From Lama guanicoe (lineage: Eukaryota), in NCBI GenBank assembly GCA_013239625.1, contig MU054187.1, forward strand, positions 10,375,231 through 10,439,230: DNA of 64,000 nt, given 5' to 3'. The translations under genes and the position numbers were made by a program. The notes beneath the pieces were generated by a model. The model worked only from the letters and a program-made list of their open reading frames with translations, was not told the DNA's origin and made no database searches. This document shows positions 10,331 through 21,980 of this stretch, piece after piece; position 1 is the stretch's first letter; each line of letters opens with the position of its first letter.

Positions 10331-11879
10331 CCTGTAAGATGTCATGACTTTACTGGTTCTGGAAACTTGGTAGGTTTTTTAAAATTTCCTCATTGGTAAG
10401 ATGGAGATAATAACATTTCCCTTTTAGGATTGTTCTGAAGATGGAATGGCTTCTTAGGAAGTTGGCTTCGTGCTAATGACAGATCCAAAAATAACAGTCT
10501 CTTAAATAAGATGAAACGTTATTTCTCTGTAATGCAAAAGTCCTGCTATGCAGTTCAGCCTTAGTACGGTGGCTGCATGATGCTCAGAGTCCAGGAAGAA
10601 GGGTACCAGAAGTATCTGGGTGAGGAGACTCTTATTTGTACCTATAAACTCATACCATTTGGGCAACTGAGTCTCCATGTGCAGAGGTAGGCACTGGTTA
10701 GATTTGCTGGCAACAAAGCATTTCTATTTTTGGCAAAACCTGTACAGGGTTATGAGGATCCATAACTAGGCAAGGGTCATTTGTCCTGCTTCTTGAGACT
10801 ATCAAAATATTTCATAAAGTTTGGAGTGGACTTTGGATTACAATTTTTGATACTGTTATTCTTGGTGAGGGCAGAAAGATGAATATCTGTAGCTCTCTGA
10901 GAATTTTCTATTTATGCAGTTGATTACACCACATTGAGCTGTCTGAAGTGGCTCCCGCTAGAGAAATGGTGCATGTCACAAAAGAAGATATTTAAATACC
11001 TCCCCCAGCTTCCTATGTGGCTTAGCCCCCTTTAAGCGTGTTCTCGCCGACACTTGAAGCTGTTACCTTAAGGACTAGCAGCTGACAGCAGGTGACATTT
11101 TGGGAGGCATTTTGGAATCTCTCAACTGCATCTTTAGCCACATAGTCATTTTATTTCTTTCCTTTAAATTCCATATACTTTATTTGAAAATCCATTTTAG
11201 AAACCAAGAGGGCTAATAAATATTAAAAACCACAAAAATCTCCATGTTTTCTTGATAAGTAATTCTCTCACTACTCTTCCAGAGCAAGTAATAATAGAGA
11301 AGATGTGCCAGTAAAAGAAAAGCTCAAGACATTTTCAAATTAGGCGAAAGTCAGAAAATGTGACTAAAAGAAGCAAAAGAAATCCTCTAACAGTGGAGCT
11401 TGGAGTTTTCTTACATTGGCAATCAAATGTGGTTTTTGTAGCTTGCAAGACTTAAAAAGAAGCCAAAATTAATAGTTCAAATTAAAAAAATACACCCCAA
11501 AAGGTAAAATTCACATTTGTAGCAAGATGTTCAGACCGAAACTCAGTTCCTAAAATCAATGAACCAAAGGAACATATATTCTTTTGAAGCCAACTCTGTC
11601 TTCAAACTTGCCTGCCAATGGTGACTGCCTAGCAAAAGAGCAAAACTTGAATTTGGAATTTGCTTTTGCTTCTGTGGACATTTATGGACTCTATAGTTAA
11701 AAAAAAATAACAATCAACTCTACTATTCTTAAGGAAATTGTAAAATGACTTGAATGAAGACATTTAAGAGTAAAAACCTAGAGGTTTTCTTTGTAGTATA
11801 GATTCCTTTTGTTTTAGCTGGAATGGTATTCTTGCAGGCTTTTAATTCTTTGGGAAATACTGCTCTTTGCAAAGAACTC

Positions 11880-12260
11880 GCCCTGGGTGCGTGGTGACTA
11901 TAATATGGAGATGTGTGTGTGAGTGGCCCCCCCAGGAAACAAGGCTGAAGGGAGGTGGGCGGGGGTTTCCCCTTCCTGTAGAGGAAACATGCTCAGAATC
12001 GCCTGGCTAAACTTACTCTGGGGTTAGGTTCCAGATTGTCCCCCACAACCAAGAACGGTCTGGCCCAGAGTGTCAACATTATGAAATTGTGCTAGACAGG
12101 CTAAGTAACGTGTCCAGGGACGCTCAGCCACCAGCTCTTTGTACCCCGAGGGCTCTGAAAAGAGCGGCTTGTTCACCAGTCTGTAACACAAGCCCCAGTG
12201 CCCCGGGTCACGAGTTTGGCCTTTTTCCTGTCAACTAGGCACCCGCCCTACTAAAATTGA
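11880..12260. promoter_or_regulatory. Candidate promoter/enhancer with GC boxes, an NF-kB site and ETS cores
   Basis: Non-repeat block with raised GC and CpG. GGGCGGGG at 11957-11964 overlaps GGGGTTTCCCC at 11962-11972. A second GC box, cacccgccc, lies near 12240. Confidence 0.4.
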
Positions 12261-12817
12261 GTCCACCTGTCGTATGGAGTAGAAAGAGCTTGGCTTTTAA
12301 TTTTTTTTCTCCAATACAATTTCATTTAAGTATTAAAATTGGGCTTGTTTTAGCTTCATTTTTGGCTCAGGACTGAAGTGCTTTTACAAATGACTCTCAG
12401 ATGAGCTCTGTCTAATTAAGGATGAGTGCACTGTGTTCTAGAAAGTCTTCAGTCATTGTGGAAGTGCCCATGTATTATCCTGAATGTCTGTCATTGTCTT
12501 TTGTCACTTATTTTTTCTATCAATTTATTCCTTCCACTAATTTTTATTTCAGAGATTTCTTTTGGCTCATGAGTAATGCTTTGAAATGACTAAAATAATC
12601 TAGGAAGGGATGGGATGTACTTGAGAAGACAAGATTCATATCTGATTATAGATTTGACAAATTAGAGATATGAGCAGATACAAACAGGGGTATAGAATGA
12701 TACCCTACAAAAAGGAAAAAATGAGCAAATATAAGTAACAACTGCTTATATTAATAATATGTGGTCATATTTCTGATTAGAAATTCACTTTTACAACATA
12801 TTTTGCCTAAGGAACCA

Positions 12818-13074
12818 TTTTTTTTAAAAACTGAGATATAATTGATACACAGCATTGTATTAGTTTCAGATATACAACATAATGATTCGATATTTGTATA
12901 TATGGTGAAATGCTCACCGTAATAAGTCTAGTTAACACATAGTTACCACGCCATAGTTACAGATCTTTTTCTTATGATGAGAACTTTTAAGATTTACCCT
13001 CATAGCAGCTTTCAAATATGCAATACAGTATTATTAACTGTAGTCGCCATGCTGTAAATGACATCCCCATGACT
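12818..13074 (-). mobile_element. LINE-1 3' end fragment
   Basis: T-rich tail followed by gagatataattgatacacagcattgtattagtttcagatatacaacataatgattc, the reverse complement of an L1 3' UTR. Confidence 0.9.
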
Positions 13075-13167
13075 GTCAAGGCAGCATTTGAAGAAGTCAT
13101 CTCAGTTTCTTCTGACGAGGACAAAGTCATTCCTCTTTTACCCACAGTGAATTTAGATAGAAATGGC

Positions 13168-13489
13168 TGTTGACCTGAAATAGACTGCCATATATTTCTC
13201 CAGCAAAAATGGGTTTATTTGGGATGAGCAGAGAACTGCAATTCCGGGTCTGCAACCATGGGAGCCACAGGCAAGTTCTCCCACAGCAAGGGAAGGAGAA
13301 CACTTACTGAGGGGGAAAGACTGTAGAAAACAGAGTCCATGGCTTTTCATTGCTGAATCCTTGCCAGGAGGGAAGAGGTGCCTTTTTTCCTCCTATTGGG
13401 CTCTGCTAAGGCTGCAGGGTGTGACAGCTTCCCCTTCTGGTCTCCTGATGCTATTGAACTGAGGTTTCTGTGTTACTCATTTTTTTACA
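13168..13489 (-). mobile_element. Short solo ERV1-type LTR (about 320 bp)
   Basis: tgttgacctgaaa...ttttttaca termini and a minus-strand AATAAA (tttatt) about 45 bp from the end. Degenerate 4-bp TSD tggc/tagt. Confidence 0.7.
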
Positions 13490-13697
13490 TAGTAGTAGTA
13501 GGCTCAGGACCCACTAATGAGATGGACCAAAACAGAAATAAACTAACACTATGGCTGGCTATGGAGGGAGAGTCAAGCTCTGGGGGGAAAAAGCAGGTAC
13601 TTTACCTTGACATCAGGTAATTTAAATACAAGGCCTTTAAAAACAAGTTTTAAAGACGATTGTTTAGTACTTGTAAGAACATTTGAAAAGTGTATGT

Positions 13698-13804
13698 TGA
13701 TGGACATTGGGTTGTTTCCATGTCTTGGCTGTTGTATATAATGCTGCTGTGAACACCAGAAATTGACACATTGTAAATCGACTATACTTCAATGAAAAAA
13801 AAAA
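13698..13804 (+). mobile_element. Miniature 5'-inverted LINE-1 insertion
   Basis: An antisense L1 ORF2-end piece (13698-13755) is fused to a sense L1 3' terminus plus A tail (13753-13804). TSD aaaagtgtatgt / aacagtttatgt. Confidence 0.8.
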
Positions 13805-14693
13805 CAGTTTATGTCCAAGATAGAATATCACTTGTAAAAGAAAGCTTACGTAGAGGTAATTCAAAATTTGCAGAGGTTACATCTGACAGGAATCCACTGG
13901 AGGGCAGTATTTAGTAAGAGTTATGACTTGTTGCCTGGAATATTGATTTGTTTTGGAACATAAACTGAATATCACATTACGGCTTAATTTTTTTTTAAAT
14001 GACATACAATTCTACCGTCTGCTTTAAAGTTTAAAAAGATTTCCCACATTTAGTGCCTGAATAAGCCTGTGTATTTCGAGTTGGTGTGAAGAATGATGAG
14101 GCTGATTATATGTTGAAAGGATCTCTGTCTTACCGAAAAATCACAAAAGTATGACTTCAAGTTTCTGCACTCTGTTGAACAGTGGTGTATTTCAATTTGT
14201 CTGGACTTTGTACTCTATTTCCCTAGGGAAGAAATCAGGTTTCCTGAGACAGCTGGCATTAATTGAAGTGAGGTCACACTGCCTCACATGCCTTCACCCC
14301 AGAATATTGAGTGCATCGTTCTGGATCATGCCAGCTGCCGGTGTAGGACCCACTCCCTCGACAACGAAATGTGTTTAGTTCGATTTCTGAGCATTAGTGA
14401 CACATCTGTGAGATACAGCTTAGAATTCAATTTGTTCATTTGACTGTAAAGAAATATTCTATTTGATTAAAAAGTCATTTTTTGCTTATAAAGATGCTCG
14501 CCACCTCACCCATAGCTCCTTCCTTCCTCCATTCATCCATCCTTTTACCCACATTCCATTAATTTATTCAATATTTATGTGCTAGACAGCCCTGGTTTTA
14601 AAGAGTGAGTATGATATTTCAGTTCAAAAGTATTGAATAGGAAATAAACTTTTCTCAGAATATCAGGCCTTGGTGAACTTCAGAGCTTCCTCG

Positions 14694-14930
14694 AATAATG
14701 GTAACACGTGCATGTACAACTCTCCAAACCAGGCACTTGTTACGAGCTCTTTACGTAGCAGCCCTGTGAGGTATGGTCCATCATCACTGTCAACATCATC
14801 ACCGTCCCCAACTACAGATGCTCAGGAATTCCTCGAAGCAGAGGAAGATCAAGTCTCTTGCACAAGGTCAACACAGTATGAGCGGCAGAGCCAGGGTTTG
14901 ACTTACTCCAGACCACATGCTCTGAACAGC
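14694..14930 (-). mobile_element. MIR SINE
   Basis: agcagccctgtgaggtatgg...ttgcacaaggtcaacacagtatgagcggcagagccagggtttga. Confidence 0.75.
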
Positions 14931-16145
14931 TAACTAAGGTACATTTCTCCTCGAGAGCAGGGATGCCAAGTGAAGCAAAAGTCAGCTTAGAAAGTAGCTA
15001 ATTTGAGGATGGCTTTTTGCTTTTGTGAAAGAGAAAATGTACTTGACAATTAAGTTAATGTCTTATTCAGGCTACTGCAGTAGGGAAGATACGCATTAAG
15101 GAATGCCTCACAGAAGGAGAGAACTTAGACTTTTATAAAACAAGGGAGTCACTGAGGAAAGGTGGAGGTACGTCACATCTCCCAGTCGGCAAGGGCAGAA
15201 TCCTTTGCCGTTAGCTAGTTGGCCATTTCTTGGAACTCACAAAAGTGACAAAATGGTGAATGGGTTTCTTGACCCTGTTGCTACTTTCCAGGAGTACAGG
15301 GCTCAACAAAGCTCACAACATCAATTCCCACTTTTGTTCAACACACAGAATGTCATCCCTTGCTGACTAACCGAGAGGGCATCATAAACTTCCCAAATGG
15401 GACAAAGCAGGAGCCAGGAAGTAATCTCAAGAGGACCCTTGTTGGCATTGTTCCTGCAAAATCATTTGAACCATCTGTTGGGAGGTGCTGGCAAAGGTGG
15501 GCTGTTTTGGAGTGCTGGATCGGGTATCTTAAGAGAGGGATGCCTCAAATGAAAAAGAAATACGTTAATATTAAAAGTTGTATTAAAATAAAAAGCCAGG
15601 TGTTGAACGCTGAGAGGAACCAGATCAGTGGATTCCAAAACGTTGGTGGAGAAACTCTTCTTGGCATCCAGGACTACTTGTTGAGTTGATCGAAGATCTG
15701 GAGCTGGAAAGTCACTGCTTTTAATGATGTCCACAGTTGCAGTGACCTCTCTTGTATGTATGTGCATGACCCAAGTATTTCATGGGACTTCCTTAGCAGC
15801 CCAGCCACGACTCCCCCTTAGCGTCCAGGAGGAAATCTGGCCCCTATGTGGTTGACTGGGGTCCTTTGAGGTTTGTATCAAGTCCTTGGGTCTCCATTTG
15901 AGGGGCTTCTTCATATTGTGGGGGAAAGGGTGGACTGCCAGGCAACCTAGCGTCCCAGTAGGGATCTGGCAGTTAGCTAAGCCAATTACACAGATGATAA
16001 AAACATTTTACAACCTCTTCTTAGAGCAGGCCAGTAATCTAAGAAAAATATTCCATTTTCACAGAGAGAAACCCAAATTCTATTTTAGTACCCATATGCT
16101 ATTTGATATGAAATCTCCATTTGAAAATCATATAAATAAATTCAT

Positions 16146-16681
16146 CATGGTAGGCAGAATAATGGCCCCTCCCAAAGATGTCCACTTTCTAATCCCTGGG
16201 ACCTGTGAATCTGTTGTTACATGACAAGGGGTTATTATGGCTGCAGATGGAATTAAGGTTGCCAATCATTTGACCTTAAAATAACAAGATTATCCTGGAT
16301 TACCTAGTGGTCACAATGTAATCACACTGATCATTTAAATGTGGAAGAGGGAAGCAGCAGAGTCAGTGTCAAGAGCGATGCAAAGTGAGGAAGACTCACC
16401 AGTTATTGCTAACTTTGCAGATGCAAGGGGGACCACAGATCAAGGATTCCAGGCAGCCTCTACCAGCTTGAAAAGGAAACAAAACAAAAAAAGAAAGAAA
16501 GAAAGAAAAGAAAACGGAATCTCTTCTAGAGCCACCAAAAAGAATTCAGCCCTGTTAATATTTTGATTTTTGCCTAGTGAGACCCATTTTGAACTTCTGA
16601 ACCATAAGATAATAAACTTGGGTTGTTTTAGGCTGCAAAATTTGTGGTAATTTGTTACAGCTGTGATGGAAAACTAATATG
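16146..16681 (+). mobile_element. MLT1D/E-like MaLR LTR nested in the ERV1 internal region
   Basis: tggtaggcagaataatggcccctcccaaagatgtccac...ttgtggtaatttgttacagc...gaaaactaatat. TSD-like ttcat/cccat. Confidence 0.88.
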
Positions 16682-17109
16682 CCCATCAAATTTTAGGTAG
16701 CTTTGACCATGACAAAAAAAAAATGCCCTTTCAGCAAAACTTCCACACCTTTCTATATTCACCCAGGTTGTGCCCCAGTTTTCTCTTCTCATTCTGGAAC
16801 GTTTATTCCACCTTAGGACAAAACTTCTCTCATTTCCTTGACACAAACATCCCTTGTAGTACAGCTTCTCAATGTAGCAAAAGCGAACATGCTCTTTAAG
16901 AGACCTGAGTACATACCCTTTGTATTTGTACATCAGAAAAATGAGGCAAAATATATCAACTTTAAGATTATGCTTAGTAACTAAGGTTTCAGTACTCTAT
17001 CTTAGAAATTATCTAGGCATCTCATGACTCTTAATTAACCTGTTAGTACCAGTGCAAGGTTTTCAGTTGCCTGAAAAAGTTGGAAATGATCTTCAAGTTG
17101 ACACACTAC

Positions 17110-17495
17110 TGTTTGTAACTAAGAATCTGCCTAAATTGAGTGCTGACAGCCTTTAAGCCTCCCTTTCCCCTCTTACCCTTGGTCCCACAATTGGGCAGGT
17201 TGATAAGAAGCCCAGGTGCTTCCTCTTTGGTGCAGGGGCCAGGCTTTCAGGGTGGAGTGTTCAAATCAGGCTGCTCACTGCCTGCACATGGGGAACGCAC
17301 GCCAGCCCCGCCCATCACCACCATGAAAACTGCAAGCAAGACTCCTTTTCCTTTTCAAGCCATTTTGGACCTATTTGTGAGGTCTGCCCTGCTTTATCGA
17401 CAAAGGTTTCTTCTGTGAGTAACAAACCTTTCCTTCCTCTTGGTGTTTGTGTGACCTCATCAGCTTCCAGCCTGAACCACATCAGGTCCAAAACA
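17110..17495 (+). mobile_element. MER74-like (ERVL) solo LTR nested in the ERV1 internal region
   Basis: tgataagaagcccaggtgcttcctctttgg, tcaagccattttggacct and tgtgagtaacaaacct segments, with TG...CA ends. Confidence 0.65.
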
Positions 17496-17808
17496 CTGCT
17501 GAAATCAAATTTGTCAGAAGCGTGATTCAATTTTGGGTAAACATGTTTACATTTTTCATAATCTTAAACATTTAGTAGAAGTAATGCTTCATAGTCAATC
17601 AGCAAACCTGTATATGCGTAGGAAACACATACCCAAGAAGAATAAAAGTCTACTTGTAAATTATACCTAACACTAATCCAATAGAAAATACATAGCTGTT
17701 TTTAATTAAATCAAGATGATTAAACTCGTCTTCTTTGCTAAGGATATATCTACATTATATGAACTTGAATTCTTAAAACATTTCTGAGTTCATTTCTGTA
17801 AGGATAAC

Positions 17809-17830
17809 TTTTTCTTTTTTTTTCTTTTTC

Positions 17831-17873
<43 letters not shown>

Positions 17874-17894
17874 CTATTTTTTTTTTTTTTTTTT
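17809..17894. repeat. Poly(T) / (TTTTC)n tract of about 86 bp
   Basis: Directly visible in the sequence. Confidence 0.95.
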
Positions 17895-19479
17895 ACATTT
17901 GAGGACGTTCAAGTTCCTTAATACCTGGAAATTTTAGGAATATATAGTTTATAAGTGCTTTCTATCACTAAGCCAATTAGACTAGAGCTTCTTTAAGAGA
18001 TTTTATAATCTAATTTATTAATACCACAAAAGGCTGGAAAATGTTAAATAGTATATACTTACACAAAGAACGTAACCAGACACAAATAGAGAGCTTATAG
18101 CTTTATTTTTTAAAAATTTCAGCGATGGGTCAACCATCAACACAACTACAAATCGGTCTAAATCCAAGAGAGTTTTATAACCAGTTAGTACAAATTCTTA
18201 ATTTATTTGAGCTCAAAATAGACAAAAAGATAAACATAAAAGACTAACATACCGGATTCTCTGTTGTCTTTCAACTGAGAGAAACAAGATCTCTATAAAC
18301 CATTAATTTACAGAAATCACGTTCAGGTCATGACGCCAAAAGAAACGAGCAACAGATGTGAAACAAGTACTCAACAGGAATCAAATAGAATCTTCATCAT
18401 GTTATGGATGGACAAATGTCCACAGCACAGGCTCAGAAGCAGAGCTGCACAAAAGCCTCCGAGAGGCCTCGTTATCTGGTGGGAGACAGCGGGATCCTAA
18501 GTCAAAGACCACACAGCATCAAATCCTGAGAGACAAATGCACCAGGCACTTAAAAAGAGGACTTAACTCGGGCTATGACAACAGAGGGAACAGTCGTTAG
18601 TGATAAATGTCTCAAAAAAGAGGGAGAAAACTTGGAGTTTTAAAAACCAGAGGGTCATGGAGGAAGAGTAAGGTGGGCATGCGGCGGTCTGTTGTAGTCA
18701 GCCCCTTAGCTGCTCTGCCATTTTGCCGTTTCTCAAACATAAAAGAGAAAAGGGTAGGGGCATTTCTCAGCTGTCGCTGCTTTCCAGAAGCTCAGGGCTC
18801 AGATGGAGTCCAACACTGTCATTTTATAATAAGCTCCTTGCTTCATCACCTCTTTGACCATGGGAACCCGAGACACAAGGCAGATGGTGTAATCCTTGGG
18901 ATGGCTTCCTATGCCTTCTAACACCAGGCACTACATGGAAATTTTGTATCATTCAAAATTATTTTTTTATGCACTACATTAATTTAGGTATCTGAAGATT
19001 AAAAAAATGTGTTTCATGCTTATATAAATTTTTAGAGACAGCATGAAATGGAAATTACTAAGCAGAAAACCATCTTTTAAATTAGTTACCATTGAACTTG
19101 CAGGGTGGGAAATTTAAGTGATTTGGAGGACAAGTAGACATGTTCTAGAAGCATCTGCTATGATTGAGAGGTGAACACTGGCCAGGACTTCCTGGACATC
19201 TACCTACAACGGGCAGTTTTAGCTTTCCTGAAGAGGAGCTTTGTGGAAGCAAGGGCAGAGGAAGACTTTGCTTAGCACCTGTAGGAACATTAGAGACCCA
19301 GGGAGATTAGATATTATGCACAACAGTTTGGAAATGTTAGGCTGAATGGTAAGACTGCTCCAGGGTGGACACGGGCATTTCAATCTGCAAAGTAGCAGAA
19401 GTAGCTTGGCAAGTGGGTAGAAACCAGAGAATCCTGCCAGAGCCATGTTTCTGCTGCAGTGTAATAATTCAAGATGTAG

Positions 19480-21500
19480 GAATTTTCAGAAATGTTCCAC
19501 ATGTGAAGAAAATGGGTATCCTCCAACTGTTGATGTAGGGTTCAGCGTATGTCTGTTAGATCAAGGGTGTTAATCACAACATTCATGATTCTTTTTACTG
19601 AGCTTTAAATTCTACTTGTTCTATCCATTATGAGAGATGAGTCAAAAATCTCTGTGATGGTGAATTCACCAACTTTTCCTATCATTTTTTGCTTATATTT
19701 TTGAAGTCATGTTGTTAGGTACAAGTGAATTTGGAATTGTTTAATCCTTCTGGTGAGATAAAACTTTTATCATAACAGCAAACGTATTGTGTCCTAATTT
19801 CCATTTTGTCTGATATTAGTACATATATAGGGTATACAGTAGGTATACCCACATTTTCTATTGGTTGGTGTTTGTCTCATGTAACTATTTTCATCTTATT
19901 TTCAAACTTTATTTCCCTTTATGTGTCTCTTCTTTTTTGCATGTAGCTGAATTCTGACTCCCTACATGAAAATTTCTGCCATTTAACTGAAGAGTTCAAC
20001 TATTTCCATAAATCCATTCAAATTTAGTATAAATGCTAATATATGTATATTTTTCCTTGTCATTTTTATTTTGTGCTTTTAATTTTTTTATTTTGTCTGT
20101 TTCTTTTTTCTCCCCTTCATTTCTTGCCCACTTTTTTGGTTGACGGGGAGCTCTTTTCTTCCTTCCCCTTTTCCCACTGTGATTACTCTAAGCTCATAAC
20201 ATGCATATTAAACTTAGAAAATTAACATTTTATCAGTATTTTTATCATTTTGGGTCCAGCCAGGAAAAGGGAAACCACTCTAAATCTTTCATTAGAGAGA
20301 ATTTAATACAGGGAATTAGCAAGAGGGTTAATGAGAGAGAATGCAGAGAAGCTACAGAGAGGGCAGTAATTCAAGAAGTTGCTTCCATTGTGAGGGCTGG
20401 AGGGGCATTGGAAAGGGAAGTGCAATGACATAAATGCTACACCTTAGTAGGTCTTCAGTTCCCATGGATCTGCTTTCAATATTTTTTCATTTCTTTATTG
20501 TCTGTGGTCTCTGCAGTCTGTGTAGTTTTGTCAAATACCTCCATGTTTGCTAATCCTTATCTCAGGTGTACAATTTAACCCTTCTAGAATGTTCTAAAAT
20601 TAAATTATTGCATTGTTCATTTCTAGAACTTCACTTTGGTTCTTTAAAAAAAATCTACCTATTCATTTTTTAAAATAGTTATCTTGCTCTTGTTTCATTT
20701 TTTTTCTTTAAATACATTTAGCACAAGGAACTATACTCAATATCTTGTAGTAACCTAAAATGAAAAAGAATATGAAAATGAATAAATGTGTGTACATGAC
20801 GACTCAGACATTATGCTATACACCAGAAATTGACACAACGTTGTAAACAGATTATATTTCAATTAAAATTTTTTAAAATTAAAAAACCCACACGTTTGAC
20901 ACATTTTGTATTCTGCATTGAAAATCCTAGTGCCTTGTTTTTTGGCAGGTCTGATTCTGTTGTTTGTTGTTTTTTCTGATTCTCACTCATAGTGACTTAT
21001 CTTCTTTTTTTTTTATAGTTGTGAACATATTTTTTGGAAATATGTCTGAGAATTCTTTCAGTCTCAGCATGAGGGGGAGTAATTTAGGGAGCATTTATGT
21101 TTGCTCCTCCCATCACCTGGGACATGATAAACTTGCACACACTTTAAACAACAGTTTTTGGTTTGCAGTTTTTAGGGCTATGAAAAGACTGTAAATCAGG
21201 TCCCAAACCCACATGAGGTCTGGCCAGTGATCAGGAATTCTAGGGAAGACTTTTTTTTCACCTCTGCCTGGAACCAAGGCCAAGACAGAAAACTTTCTTG
21301 ACAGCTGCTTTTGTGGAAAGGTTGTTTCTTAACCGATTTGTTCTGTTCCTAGGAGTGTACTTCCCCCAGGACCCTGACTGAGTGGATGGCCTTTGATCCA
21401 GCTCCCTTTCCTACAAAGTCCCAGCCCCTCGTGCGCTGCAGCCTCGGCTTCGGGTGGCCCTGATTCCTAAAACTCCCCCAGACTCAGGGCTCACTCTCTG
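19480..21500 (-). mobile_element. Old L1M fragments, with an old LTR fragment near 20250-20430
   Basis: T-rich antisense L1-like text, for example tatgtctgttagatcaagg, tttttgaagtcatgttgttaggtaca and ttcatttctagaacttcactttggttcttt. Confidence 0.6.
20719..20886 (+). mobile_element. Short younger LINE-1 3' end insertion
   Basis: tagcacaaggaactatactcaatatcttgtagtaacc...tacaccagaaattgacacaacgttgtaaa, followed by an A-rich tail. Confidence 0.9.
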
Positions 21501-21751
21501 CTTTCCTCCTCTTCTCCATGTTGTTTTACCCCCATTTTCTCACAGGCTTATTCAGTTTTGCTAAAGAATTTTAAGCATGTATTTTACTAAGCATTTTCAG
21601 AATCTACATGGAAAGGGTGAAAATTCTATTCATAAAATAAAGTTATTGAAATACCAGAAAACAAGCATAACAATTTCACAAGTTACCTTTTGCAATAGTA
21701 GAGAAATACGATCTAAATGCTATTTCTTTGTGTTTGTTAATATTTTCCTCT

Positions 21752-21980
21752 GCTGCTCATGTATCAAGCTCTCTGCTAAGCCCTTGCATACATTATCTCA
21801 TTGAATCCTCACAACTCCATCAAGTAGATATTATATATTATTATTATTTCCCCATTTTATACCTTAGAAAAATTTAAAAATTAACAAAAATACTCCAAAT
21901 CATCTAAGTGATAAGAGTTAGAAATGCATCTGAAACTTGGTCTCTCTGATTATAAAACCCATGTCTTCAACCTCTATTCT
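21752..21980 (-). mobile_element. MIR SINE
   Basis: acattatctcattgaatcctcacaac...attattatttccccatttta. Confidence 0.8.

Larger units (their letters stand above)
15024..18821 (-). mobile_element. Degenerate two-LTR ERV1 provirus (MER89/MER90/MER110-like LTRs, non-coding MER4-group internal region)
   Basis: Homologous LTRs at 15024-15323 and 18527-18821, both ending tgct[a/g]ctttccag..g...agggctca...tca. Polypurine tract at 15324-15335 (reverse complement aaaagtgggaat). A decayed PBS-like sequence lies next to the right LTR. Near-TSD cttt/tttt. Confidence 0.7.

Noticed and set aside
14092..14175. Possible C/D box snoRNA (ATGATGA near 14092; also near 36120)
   Set aside because: No properly placed terminal CTGA D box or closing stem was found.
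15360..15767. ORFs in the ERV internal region as a captured env or syncytin-like gene
   Set aside because: They are only about 100 aa and show no signal peptide, furin site, immunosuppressive domain or CX6CC motif.
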